DNA of 64,000 nucleotides from Planctomycetaceae bacterium. GTDB lineage: Bacteria; Planctomycetota; Planctomycetia; Planctomycetales; Planctomycetaceae. The position numbers and the translations under genes are program-made. The stretch lies in contig JAWKTZ010000010.1 in assembly GCA_041398845.1 (NCBI GenBank), positions 189,758 through 253,757 of the forward strand, read 5' to 3'. This document shows positions 28,885 to 37,896 of the stretch, piece after piece. The notes under the pieces were generated by a model. That model was given only the letters and a program-made list of their open reading frames with translations, searched no databases and was not told the DNA's origin. The first letter of the stretch is position 1. Every line of letters starts with the position of its first letter.

Positions 28885-31335
28885 CTAAGGCTCACGACGC
28901 TGGCCATCCAGCGTCAGCAGCATCCGTTCTATTTTCCAGTAGTCATCTCGAGTAATGTCGCTGTCTTCGTCTTCTGTCGTCTGCAGGTCACTCACATCCA
29001 GACGCACAAAAAATGCTCCGGACATCGCGATGTCCTGCAGATGCTGAGATTCCAGTCGCAGCGTGAACAGACCAGCCGGACTGTCCATCGTGCTCAACGC
29101 CGCAGCGTTATCACGAGCACCAGCGCTGACCTTCACCTGACGCGATCCGGCATGCAGTCGAATGGCGAGCGTACCGCCTGAGGCCGCGAACGGCTGACAG
29201 ACCTGCGGAACGCTGAACTTCACCCACGTTGTCGATGCCATGTTTCGCGGTGCCCACGTTCGCTGGCGATTGTCAAACGCAGAACTCAATCCTCCCAGAT
29301 CGTCGACGACCGTTCGATAAGGAAGCAGGACGGGGGGAATTGTGATATCGGTGTTGGCGGTCGGAGGCAGCAGCTCAACGTTCTGTGAAAGCAGCACGGA
29401 ACCGGCCTGTCGAGTTGCTTCGTCACCGACTCTGATGGATGACTGCTGCTGATCGATCCACGAAAACAACATCAGTTGATCCGGGTACGCCGAATTCTTT
29501 TTCTCAGTTTCAAACATCGCCCTGTATACGGCAGAGCGGCGTTTTTGTGTGTCTGACAGCAGTGTTCCCGTGACAAATTCTGAACCGGCAAGCACATTGT
29601 CCGGTGTTGAAACCAAAGTCCCGTCGGATGTCTGCCGCACGGCCATTCGATCGGCCGACGTTCCTGCAAGGACCAGGTCTGAACGGCCGGCCAGAGTAGG
29701 ATCCCGAAACTGTCCGACAAGGCCTGTCTGATCAAATGTGAACCAAACCTGTTCCGGTTCCGGCAGTCGCTGGACGGATCGAGCGGCATAGTCGCGAATG
29801 CCGGCATCCTGATGCAGCTTCTGCCAGCTCGATTCACCAACGTCGGTCCATACCAGACGCCGCTCACCGCGATCCTGATCGGGATTCACCGGAGTCAGCA
29901 GCGCATAGTCGCTCATGGTCACGTTCAGCGGGCCGGGCGAGGGCTGAAAGACGCTGGTCACACCATCGGCGGCCAGAGTTGTCTGACCGGCTGCCAGATT
30001 GGACACCTGTTGTTGAATGGCGGTCGGTGGAGCAACATTTCGCGATCGACCTCCAACCCAGACGGCAGGCAGAGCACACAAACACGCCAGCGCCGGAACA
30101 CCCCATAACAGCGTCATGGCGCGATCGTTTCTTAGCAGAGTGATTCCGCACAAAGATAACGCGACCGCAAATCCAAACATGACGCTTCCTGCAAAGAATC
30201 GCGACGGCACCTGGTAACCGATCGATCCGGCTGCGGCGGCTCCGAGCTGCTCACTGGAAACTCGTGGAACCGCTGCCGCAACGTCAAAGAGCCGATTCGA
30301 AATGTCCTGAGCCATCGGGAGGAACTGTCTTGTCGGCGTTCGTTCCAGAAAGACCTCGGGAGAAACCATCGTGAGCATGATCGTGCCGTCGCCGTAGGGA
30401 AGCTCGATCACAGCCGGCCAGCCGTCCACCGTCCAGCGAACCGTCCCCGCCTCCGCGATCACGCGCACCAGTCGCACCGGTTCATCAAATTCACGGCTGA
30501 CTGTTGCCGGTGTGGGCTGACCGTCTCGCGGGCTGGCGACGAAGGTCATGGTGTTGGACGAAGTTTCGTCGATCTCGGTCAGTGGCAGCGTATCGCCCAG
30601 CAGCGCTGCGGCAGACGGCATTCCACACTGATCCAGCAGGACCCATGTGCGGCCGCCGCGTTGAGTCCACACGCGGACGGCATCGCAGGCTTCCGGAAAC
30701 CGATGCAGAGTCTGCGATGTGATGACCAGTTGCTCCAGCGGTTCCAGAGCTTCAGGGTATCCGGCAAGCTGTTCTTCCTGGACTAACAACTCCATGGGGG
30801 CCAGTCCCGCCTTCTGACGCAGAATTTCCGCCAGTTCCCGCAATGATTCCGCGTCGCGAGCAGTCTCGTCGTCCGACGACAACAAACCTCGATAACCCGC
30901 CGGTCGGCTGCTCAGATGTTCGGAATTTACGACGGCGAAACTCTGAGTTACCGTTTCGCCGTGAGTTCGTTTGATTGACGATTCGTCGTCCGGATCATCG
31001 AAAACCAGAAACTCAAATTCAAAAGACTTCGCCGGATCGTCCGGAATCTGCACCGGCCACTGACAGGACCTCGTCGTGCCGGCCGGAATGACCACTCGGC
31101 GACCATACTGCATGCCTCGACTGAATGCCGGAATGGCAACCGCCAGAACCTCGCGATCATGGTCTGTGCTATTGACCAGATTGGCTTTGACCAGACCCCA
31201 GTGGCCGCGCTGAAAACGCCCTGTGCCTCCGGCGCTCACTCGCACCTGCACTCCCTGCCCCCGCCCGGACGGAACCAGAACGGAAGTCCACAGAAGGACG
31301 ACAAACATTACAACACTGGCAGATCGATGGAACAT
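28885..31335 (-). CDS. Large membrane-anchored hypothetical protein associated with the ABC exporter
   Basis: Signal peptide, N-terminal RFQRGHWG, two central TMs. Co-oriented with the ABC genes. Alternative coupled GTG start at 31413. Confidence 0.75.
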   Translation of the reverse strand: MFHRSASVVMFVVLLWTSVLVPSGRGQGVQVRVSAGGTGRFQRGHWGLVKANLVNSTDHDREVLAVAIPAFSRGMQYGRRVVIPAGTTRSCQWPVQIPDDPAKSFEFEFLVFDDPDDESSIKRTHGETVTQSFAVVNSEHLSSRPAGYRGLLSSDDETARDAESLRELAEILRQKAGLAPMELLVQEEQLAGYPEALEPLEQLVITSQTLHRFPEACDAVRVWTQRGGRTWVLLDQCGMPSAAALLGDTLPLTEIDETSSNTMTFVASPRDGQPTPATVSREFDEPVRLVRVIAEAGTVRWTVDGWPAVIELPYGDGTIMLTMVSPEVFLERTPTRQFLPMAQDISNRLFDVAAAVPRVSSEQLGAAAAGSIGYQVPSRFFAGSVMFGFAVALSLCGITLLRNDRAMTLLWGVPALACLCALPAVWVGGRSRNVAPPTAIQQQVSNLAAGQTTLAADGVTSVFQPSPGPLNVTMSDYALLTPVNPDQDRGERRLVWTDVGESSWQKLHQDAGIRDYAARSVQRLPEPEQVWFTFDQTGLVGQFRDPTLAGRSDLVLAGTSADRMAVRQTSDGTLVSTPDNVLAGSEFVTGTLLSDTQKRRSAVYRAMFETEKKNSAYPDQLMLFSWIDQQQSSIRVGDEATRQAGSVLLSQNVELLPPTANTDITIPPVLLPYRTVVDDLGGLSSAFDNRQRTWAPRNMASTTWVKFSVPQVCQPFAASGGTLAIRLHAGSRQVKVSAGARDNAAALSTMDSPAGLFTLRLESQHLQDIAMSGAFFVRLDVSDLQTTEDEDSDITRDDYWKIERMLLTLDGQRREP

Positions 31336-31409
31336 CCGAAAACCAACAGAGCAGAAGAAACCGGACACACTGTCTGCGGATTTCACCGACAATCGGATCA
31401 GGAAACAAC

Positions 31410-32879
31410 TCACTTCGCCACGATCCGCAGGTCATTGTCCCGAACCGCGACCAGCCTGGCCGCCAGTTTCTGCCGGAACTCAGCTACCAGAGCGGTATGC
31501 TCAGGCAACAACGCCAGATTTGTGTACTGCTTCGGATCCGCTTCGACATCAAACAGTTCGATCCCACCAGCCGCATCTTCGCCGTATTGAATATAGGCCC
31601 ACTTGTCCTCTCGCAGCAGAAAACCCTTACGCATCGGAGCCACGCTGAACGCCGCGTCGCGAACCCGCGTTGTCGGGTCGTCCAGAACGGCGGAAATGTC
31701 TTTGCCCTGCAGACGTTCCGGCACTTCCAGTCCACATAACTTCGAAAGCGTCGGATACAGATCCAGCAGCTCAACAAGACTGTGACACACGGCGGGTTTC
31801 TTCCCCGGCATCCGAATGATTAACGGCACTCCGGCGGATTCATCTCGCAGACTGACCTTCGCCCAGAAGTCATGCTCGCCCAGATGATAACCATGGTCGC
31901 TGGTGAAGATCACGATCGTGCGATCATCGATGCCCGCTGTCTTTAACGCAGCCATCACCTTGCCCACCTGAGCATCCATGAAAGCCACCGACGCGTAATA
32001 GCCCCCCATCGCCTTTTTCTGACGACGAATATCCATCTTCATATTGCTGCTGGTTTTGTAGTTGATACCGGGCTTCGGAATATCGTCCCAATCGCCCGCA
32101 ATCTTCTCCGGCAGCACCATCCTGTCAAACGGCTTGAACGGCGGGTAATACGAACGAGGTGCCACGAAGGGCACATGAGGCCGCACAAAGCCGATTCCCA
32201 GCCAAAACGGTTCGTCCTTGTGCTGGTGAATCAGTTCCACCGCCTTTGCCGCTGTCATGCCGTCCGAATGCACCATGTCGTCGCCGTCGGCTTCGACCAC
32301 CACAAACGTGTTGCCACCCACCACGGGCTTCCTGCCGTCCGGATTGTTTTCCAGTGTTTCTCCGTCACCCGCAGCCTTCCATTCCGGTCCAGGACTGTTG
32401 AAACGTTCCGTCCAGGAAGCCTCGTCATCCGCTCCGTTGTAGTTATTGTGATCACGTCCATCGCCGCCGAGTTCAACGCCGCCGGGCACGCCCATGTGAT
32501 AAATCTTGCTGACCCGAGCTGTATAGTAGCCATTGTTTTTGAAGTGCTGAGGCCACGTCGCTCGATCGCCAATCTGCGGTCGAGGACTTGTGTAACCCAG
32601 AACGCCTGTGGCATGAGGATAGTAGCCCGAAAGCAAGGAAGCCCGCGACGGTCCGCAGTAGGTTCCCTGGCAGTAAGCTCGAGTAAACCGAGTGCCCTGC
32701 TGTGCAATCGCATCAATGTTCGGAGTCTGACAGACCGTGTTGCCGTAACACGAAAGAGCCGTCGCCGTCAGGTCATCGGAAATGATGAACAGCACATTGT
32801 AAGGCGGTTTCGCTGGCTCCGTCGCCAAAACAAAGTTCGACAGCAAGCCTGAAATCAGGATGGAACAAACAAACTTCAT
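31410..32879 (-). CDS. Sulfatase (iduronate-2-sulfatase-like S1 family)
   Basis: NVLFIISDDL, CGPSRASLLSG, RPHVPF, SDHGYHLGEH. Signal peptide. Confidence 0.95.
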   Translation of the reverse strand: MKFVCSILISGLLSNFVLATEPAKPPYNVLFIISDDLTATALSCYGNTVCQTPNIDAIAQQGTRFTRAYCQGTYCGPSRASLLSGYYPHATGVLGYTSPRPQIGDRATWPQHFKNNGYYTARVSKIYHMGVPGGVELGGDGRDHNNYNGADDEASWTERFNSPGPEWKAAGDGETLENNPDGRKPVVGGNTFVVVEADGDDMVHSDGMTAAKAVELIHQHKDEPFWLGIGFVRPHVPFVAPRSYYPPFKPFDRMVLPEKIAGDWDDIPKPGINYKTSSNMKMDIRRQKKAMGGYYASVAFMDAQVGKVMAALKTAGIDDRTIVIFTSDHGYHLGEHDFWAKVSLRDESAGVPLIIRMPGKKPAVCHSLVELLDLYPTLSKLCGLEVPERLQGKDISAVLDDPTTRVRDAAFSVAPMRKGFLLREDKWAYIQYGEDAAGGIELFDVEADPKQYTNLALLPEHTALVAEFRQKLAARLVAVRDNDLRIVAK

Positions 32880-33035
32880 GATACGACTCATCTGTATTCG
32901 GCAGTGCTCTTCCGGACATCGTTTCGCCTGCGGCACGAATCGGTCCGGCCTCCCGCAGTTATTGTCTCGGAGATGCTACTCGTCCCTGAAGCGAAAGGCC
33001 AGCGTCATTGCTTTCGGTACCGCTGCATTCACACT

Positions 33036-33068
33036 GGGTGGCACATCTTGCCGACCAGGCAAGGTGTG
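33036..33068 (+). repeat. REP-like unit, class B (GGGTGG + hairpin)
   Basis: GGGTGG CACATCTTGCC GACCA GGCAAGGTGTG: 11-bp stem with one G-T pair. Its first 14 bp are the exact reverse complement of 33290-33303. Confidence 0.7.
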
Positions 33069-33180
33069 TGGCTTCAGCCATGGGAAACTGTGATCAAGGA
33101 TTCAAAAACAGAGCAGGCATTCTGGCAGATCATGGTCGGCACTACAGTTTGGAACGACCAATCATTTACTGGCGCACCTC

Positions 33181-33235
33181 GTCGTGGGATTCGCCAGAAT
33201 TCCCTTCTCACAGGATTTCTGGCGAAATCCACTAC
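33181..33235. repeat. GTAG-type REP doublet (inverted pair), class A
   Basis: GTCGTGGGATTCGCCAGAATTCC, 9-nt spacer, GGATTTCTGGCGAAATCCACTAC. 19/23 inverted identity, each arm internally palindromic, right arm ends in CTAC (GTAG on the minus strand). Confidence 0.8.
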
Positions 33236-33276
33236 GCCATCAATTGATGAAGCGTTCCTTACCTATCGCTGCGCGA

Positions 33277-33303
33277 CACACCTTCTTCGAAGATGTGCCA
33301 CCC
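33277..33303 (-). repeat. REP-like unit, class B, inverted partner
   Basis: Minus strand reads GGGTGG CACATCTTC GAA GAAGGTGTG. A further degenerate copy AGATGTGGCACCC lies at 33324-33336. Confidence 0.7.
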
Positions 33304-33354
33304 TTGTGAGCACGGGCAGAGCCAGATGTGGCACCCGGCGTCCCTCAATGTGCA

Positions 33355-33798
33355 TCACCACACAAACGGCACAAAGCGCTTCGTCGTTCGAGCGTAATCC
33401 GGATACGCTGGGAAGCGCTGCGCTAACAGTCGTTCCTCAATCCGAGACTTCAACGCCAGCACCAGCACCAGCCCAACAAACGCCGCCAGTTTCCACCAGT
33501 GCCAGGGCGTGAAAACCAGTCCGCAACAAAACAACAGCAAACCGGAATACATCGGATGCCGCACGTAGCGATATGGCCCTGACGTCTTCAATTCGGCATC
33601 ATCACGTGCTTGCGGCATCACCGAAACTCGCCGCCAGCCAATCGCAGCGATCGCCCAAAGACTCAGCAACACACCGGAGACCGTCAGTAAATGCCATCCC
33701 AACGACGACAAGTTCGGTCGGGCCGTCAGTACCAGCGCTGCTCCAATCAGAAACTGCAACGTCACCAAAATTCGCGGCAGCATTCCGATTCCTTTCAT
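33355..33798 (-). CDS. Isoprenylcysteine carboxyl methyltransferase (ICMT/PEMT) family membrane protein
   Basis: SGPYRYVRHPMYSG, EERLL..F..YPDY..TKRFVP, four TMs. Confidence 0.92.
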   Translation of the reverse strand: MKGIGMLPRILVTLQFLIGAALVLTARPNLSSLGWHLLTVSGVLLSLWAIAAIGWRRVSVMPQARDDAELKTSGPYRYVRHPMYSGLLLFCCGLVFTPWHWWKLAAFVGLVLVLALKSRIEERLLAQRFPAYPDYARTTKRFVPFVW

Positions 33799-33890
33799 GT
33801 CAGTCAACGATCGACACCAGGCTGACGGTGTGACGACAGATTCCCGGCAGCAAAACGAACTTCTGTGCCCTGAGCGCCGCCGCTGGAACT

Positions 33891-35411
33891 CTATGGTGTT
33901 AACAATCGAGGCGCCGAATACCCCTGCTCGCGAATCTTTTTCAACAGCGACTGCAGTTCCTGAACGCGGTCCGGATGTTGAGCTGCCAGATTCGTTCGCT
34001 GCCCCTTGTCTTTCGACAGGTCGTACAGTTCCACCGCGTTGTCGTCGTCGGCCGGATAGTTGTGTTTGGCTTCCCAGGCCTTGTTCCGACCACTGACGTA
34101 GCCGTCTTTCGTGTCGACCAGCAACCAGTCGCCGTGGCGAATGGCGTACTCATTCACTTTCGTGTTGTGAACGTGAGTCGTCCGCACAGGCTGTGAATCG
34201 CCTGTCAGCAGCGGCAGTAGATCATGAGAGTCCTCGGCGGCATCGTTCGGCAGTTCAAAGTTGAGTGCCGCTGCCAGGGTGGCCATGATGTCGATCTGCG
34301 AAACCAAAGCGTCGCAGGTTGTTCCGGCTTTCGTGACGCCCGGCCAGCTCACGATGAACGGAACATGATGCCCCCCTTCGTAGATGTCGCGTTTTAATCC
34401 TCGAAACGGCGTGCTGGACCAGTGGTCGTATTTTTCATCGCGAGCATACGCGTACTTTTCCGGGCCGTTGTCGGCTGAAAAGATCACAACTGTGCTGTCC
34501 GCCTGCCCGGATTCCTCCAACGCGTTCAGCAGTTTGCCGATGGCATCATCCGTTTCGTAGACAAAGTCACCATAGGGCCCGGCCTGTGACTTTCCGTCAA
34601 ATTCGTCGTTGGGAATGATCGGTGCGTGTGGCGAAGGAAACGCAAAGTAGAGAAAGAACGGCTTATCGGAATCCTTGCGCGATTTGATGTAGTCCACACC
34701 GCGAGCCGTCGTGGTGGGAATATTCTGATACGGATCCCAGTCGGAACACATCGGTCCCGGACGACACTCCCAGTTCCCTTCCTTGATCGCTTTCCACCTG
34801 GACGTGTCCATCAACACATCCGGAGCCTTCACCACCTTGTCATCTTCAATCCAGCAGTACGGCGGAAAGTTGATCACGGTGTCACCAAAGTAGTGATCGA
34901 ACCCATGAGCCAGCGGACCATCGGGAATGGACTTGTTCCAGTCAAACGCTTCCGGTCCCCAGGCCGTAGTCCTGCCCGCTTTCGTTGCTTTCGCATTCGG
35001 CCGACGAATGGTATCCCAGTCCCAACCCAGATGCCACTTCCCGATGGCCGACGTGTCGTACCCGGATGCCTTCATCATTTCCGGCAAAGTCAACCGTTCC
35101 GGCTTAAACACCGACGCGCCCATTGCATTCACAATCCCGTGAAAATCACGCCAGTGGTGTCGCCCGGTCAGCAAGGCGTAACGACTGGGCGTACAAATCC
35201 CTGATGAAGAATGCCCATCCGTAAACCGCATCCCCTGCTGAGCCAGCCGATTCAGATTCGGCGTGGGAATCTTCGACTGCGGATTGTTGACGCGAAGATC
35301 GCCGAACCCCAGATCATCAGCGTAAATGATCAGCACGTTGGGATGCTCAGCGGCGAAACAGTTCACGCCGCAGACGAGAACCGAAAACGTGAACAGGAAT
35401 TTGAACATCAT
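33891..35411 (-). CDS. Arylsulfatase A-like sulfatase
   Basis: PNVLIIYADDLGFGD, CTPSRYALLTG, GKWHLG, SADNG, YEGGHHVPF. Start at 35411 (MMFKFL..), alternatively 35456. Confidence 0.95.
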   Translation of the reverse strand: MMFKFLFTFSVLVCGVNCFAAEHPNVLIIYADDLGFGDLRVNNPQSKIPTPNLNRLAQQGMRFTDGHSSSGICTPSRYALLTGRHHWRDFHGIVNAMGASVFKPERLTLPEMMKASGYDTSAIGKWHLGWDWDTIRRPNAKATKAGRTTAWGPEAFDWNKSIPDGPLAHGFDHYFGDTVINFPPYCWIEDDKVVKAPDVLMDTSRWKAIKEGNWECRPGPMCSDWDPYQNIPTTTARGVDYIKSRKDSDKPFFLYFAFPSPHAPIIPNDEFDGKSQAGPYGDFVYETDDAIGKLLNALEESGQADSTVVIFSADNGPEKYAYARDEKYDHWSSTPFRGLKRDIYEGGHHVPFIVSWPGVTKAGTTCDALVSQIDIMATLAAALNFELPNDAAEDSHDLLPLLTGDSQPVRTTHVHNTKVNEYAIRHGDWLLVDTKDGYVSGRNKAWEAKHNYPADDDNAVELYDLSKDKGQRTNLAAQHPDRVQELQSLLKKIREQGYSAPRLLTP

Positions 35412-35517
35412 GAAGTCGATTTCCGTAACAGGGTTTTGATTCTCGGCTTGCGTCATTTGCCTGGATCTCCCGATAATAGCGTATTGGAATTTACGTTGCA
35501 CACACAGGGAACGGTTC

Positions 35518-35724
35518 ATGTCATCGGGAAGTGTCGAAGATCGAATCACGCAACTCGAACAGAAAGTTCGTCAGTTGGAAAGCATGGATCGCCCTGTTGC
35601 AAATTCGCTGCCATGGTGGGAACGTGTGGCGGGCGCGTTTGAAAACGACCCTGTCTACGCCGCCGCCATGAAACTGGGGGCGGAATTTCGCAAGGCAGAT
35701 CAGCTGCAGGAATCGGCGGAATGA
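35518..35724 (+). CDS. Putative antitoxin (VapB role)
   Basis: 68 aa, coiled N-terminus plus PWWERVAGAFENDP. 4-bp overlap with the downstream PIN gene. Confidence 0.75.
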   Translation: MSSGSVEDRITQLEQKVRQLESMDRPVANSLPWWERVAGAFENDPVYAAAMKLGAEFRKADQLQESAE

Positions 35725-36143
35725 TTGTCCTTGATACGGACCATTTGAGCTGCCTTGAGTGGGGCAGCGAAGAATCCGCCAGTTTACGAATACGGCTCAA
35801 CGAATCATCTGATCGGAAGATCGTCGCTTCGATTATCAGCTATGAAGAGCAGACGCGGGGCTGGATGGCCTTAATCGCGAAAACGCCGGATATTCATCGA
35901 CAGGTTGATGCGTACTCGCGACTGCGAAAGCATTTGCAACTCTACTGTTCGGTGCCGCTCCTGGATTTTTCGGAGATAGCTGCACGGAAATTCAATGAAC
36001 TGAGGCAACAGAAAATTCGCATCGGCACAATGGATCTCAAAATCGCAGCGTCATGTCTGTGCGAGAATGCTGTCCTGCTGACTCGAAATACGGTTGATTT
36101 TTCGAGGATCCCGGGACTGAAGTTTGAAGACTGGACTCAGTAA
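35721..36143 (+). CDS. vapC: PIN-domain ribonuclease toxin (VapC family)
   Basis: MIVLDTDHLS, ISYEEQ, MDLKIAA, LLTRNTVDF: acidic PIN active-site residues present. Confidence 0.93.
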   Translation: MIVLDTDHLSCLEWGSEESASLRIRLNESSDRKIVASIISYEEQTRGWMALIAKTPDIHRQVDAYSRLRKHLQLYCSVPLLDFSEIAARKFNELRQQKIRIGTMDLKIAASCLCENAVLLTRNTVDFSRIPGLKFEDWTQ

Positions 36144-36182
36144 GGTGCTCCTTTCTGCAGGTGAGCCCTTTCTGGAGCACCT
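36143..36182. terminator. Possible hairpin between convergent vapC and DUF1501 genes
   Basis: AGGTGCTCC / GGAGCACCT 9-bp inverted repeat with 22-nt loop. No clear U-tract. Confidence 0.3.
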
Positions 36183-36348
36183 CCACCTGCTGGCTGATTC
36201 GACGATTTCGGATTCGTCACGATCACCGGACCGGCGACTGCCTGAACGGACATTTTCAAACAACACTGGCGATGCCAGAAGTGGCACCCTGCGTCAGGGG
36301 ATTGACATCGTCCGCTCACCGTTGTTTTGGCAGCCCGATGCCGTCCGG

Positions 36349-37779
36349 TCAGCTAAGGATTTCCGTGATCACATCCCCATGAACATTGGTCAATCGCCGT
36401 TGAATGCCGTTGTGATAGAACGTCAGTTTTTCGTGATCAATGCCAAACAGGTGCAGAACAGTAGCATGAAAGTCGTGCCAGGGAATCGGTCGTTCCACCG
36501 CCTTCCAGCCGATGTCGTCGGTTTCGCCGATGGCAATGCCCGCCTTTAAGCCGGCTCCGGCCATCCAGCAGCTGAAGCCATAACGATTGTGGTCTCGGCC
36601 GGGTCCGACCGTATTGGCATCCGACTGAGCGAACGGAGTGCGGCCAAATTCTGTCGTGAACAGCACCAGCGTGTCCTTCAGCATGCCTCGCTGTTTTAAG
36701 TCGTGCAGCAAAGCAGCGACCGGTTGATCGATGCGACCAGCTTCGAGAGTATGGTTATCTTTGACGTTTTCATGAGCGTCCCAGCTTGCTCGCGGACTGC
36801 CGGCAATGGGCCCGCCGGAAAACAACTGAACAAAACGAACACCACGCTCCAGCAGGCGGCGACCCAGCAAACAGCGGCGGCCCATGTCGGCCGTTTGTTT
36901 CTGGTGAATTCCATAAGCATCCTGAGTAGCCTGGGTTTCCTGGTGAATGTCGGCAACTTTCGGAATCGACATCTGCATCTTTGCGGCCAGTTCGTAACTC
37001 TTGATGCGACTGACCAGCAGATCTTCTTCGCCCGTGTGCTGCAGGTGCTGTCGGTTGATGGCGTTCACGAACTGTCGAGTTGCGTGGTCAGTCGTCGCGT
37101 CGACCGACAACGCAGGAAACAAATCGCGAACCGGCTGACTTCCTCCGGTCAGCACGACTCCCTGATGATCGGATGGCAGGAAAGCACTGCTCCAGGTCGA
37201 CGATCCCGTATTCGGAGCTCCACGTTCATCATTCAGAACAACGTAGGCCGGCAGAGAATCCGTTTCGGCTCCCAGACCATACGACAGCCAACTTCCCATC
37301 GACGGATAGCCGTTGAATTCGAAACCGCTGTTGGCCACAAACAATCCCGGAGTATGATTGGCCGACTGTGATTCCATGGAACGCAGCACCGTCAGATCGT
37401 CGGCGTGCTGAGCAATGTGTGGAAACATGTCAGAAATCATCAGCCCGGATTCGCCGCGCGGCTGAAACGCAAAATCTTCTTTTCGAAGCTGGCCGATTTT
37501 GCCAAAGAAAATGTCCGGCTTCTCGTCGGTCTGCAGAGACTTGCCGTGCAGATTTGTGAGTTCTGGCTTGTGGTCAAACGAATCGACATGACTGAGTCCG
37601 CCAATGAGGCAGATCTGGATGGCTCGCTTTGCTTTGGGGGCGAAGTTGGCGAGCGTGGTGTCGGAGGCACATGACTGCTGCTGCAACAACGCAGCCAGCG
37701 CGGTGGCTCCCAGACCGTTGATGCTCCAGTCAAGAAAATCGCGGCGAGGTACGAAGTTGGGTTGCGCGTGTTGGTTCAT
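36349..37779 (-). CDS. DUF1501 domain protein (Tat-type)
   Basis: PRRDFL, GGLSHVDSFDHKP, LARRLLERG-like LLGRRLLERGVRFVQL, WDAH, TEFGRTP, RDHN, RRLTNVHG. Confidence 0.93.
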   Translation of the reverse strand: MNQHAQPNFVPRRDFLDWSINGLGATALAALLQQQSCASDTTLANFAPKAKRAIQICLIGGLSHVDSFDHKPELTNLHGKSLQTDEKPDIFFGKIGQLRKEDFAFQPRGESGLMISDMFPHIAQHADDLTVLRSMESQSANHTPGLFVANSGFEFNGYPSMGSWLSYGLGAETDSLPAYVVLNDERGAPNTGSSTWSSAFLPSDHQGVVLTGGSQPVRDLFPALSVDATTDHATRQFVNAINRQHLQHTGEEDLLVSRIKSYELAAKMQMSIPKVADIHQETQATQDAYGIHQKQTADMGRRCLLGRRLLERGVRFVQLFSGGPIAGSPRASWDAHENVKDNHTLEAGRIDQPVAALLHDLKQRGMLKDTLVLFTTEFGRTPFAQSDANTVGPGRDHNRYGFSCWMAGAGLKAGIAIGETDDIGWKAVERPIPWHDFHATVLHLFGIDHEKLTFYHNGIQRRLTNVHGDVITEILS

Positions 37780-37896
37780 CAGAGGGCTTCCAGTTGTATC
37801 ACTTGTTCAGTTCGTTTCATCCGTGGCCGACAGGCCAGGCGGTTCCTGCAATAGTGCTCCACGCAGCCGTGGTCTGTCGGCCGACAGGTGAAACGA

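Noticed and set aside
33039-33051. TGGCAC..TTGC as a sigma54 promoter
   Set aside because: Spacing is 3 nt instead of 5, and it is part of a REP unit.
32904-33512. ORFs of 202 aa and 79 aa in the sulfatase-ICMT gap
   Set aside because: They run through REP-like palindromes and antisense into real genes, with no recognisable motifs.
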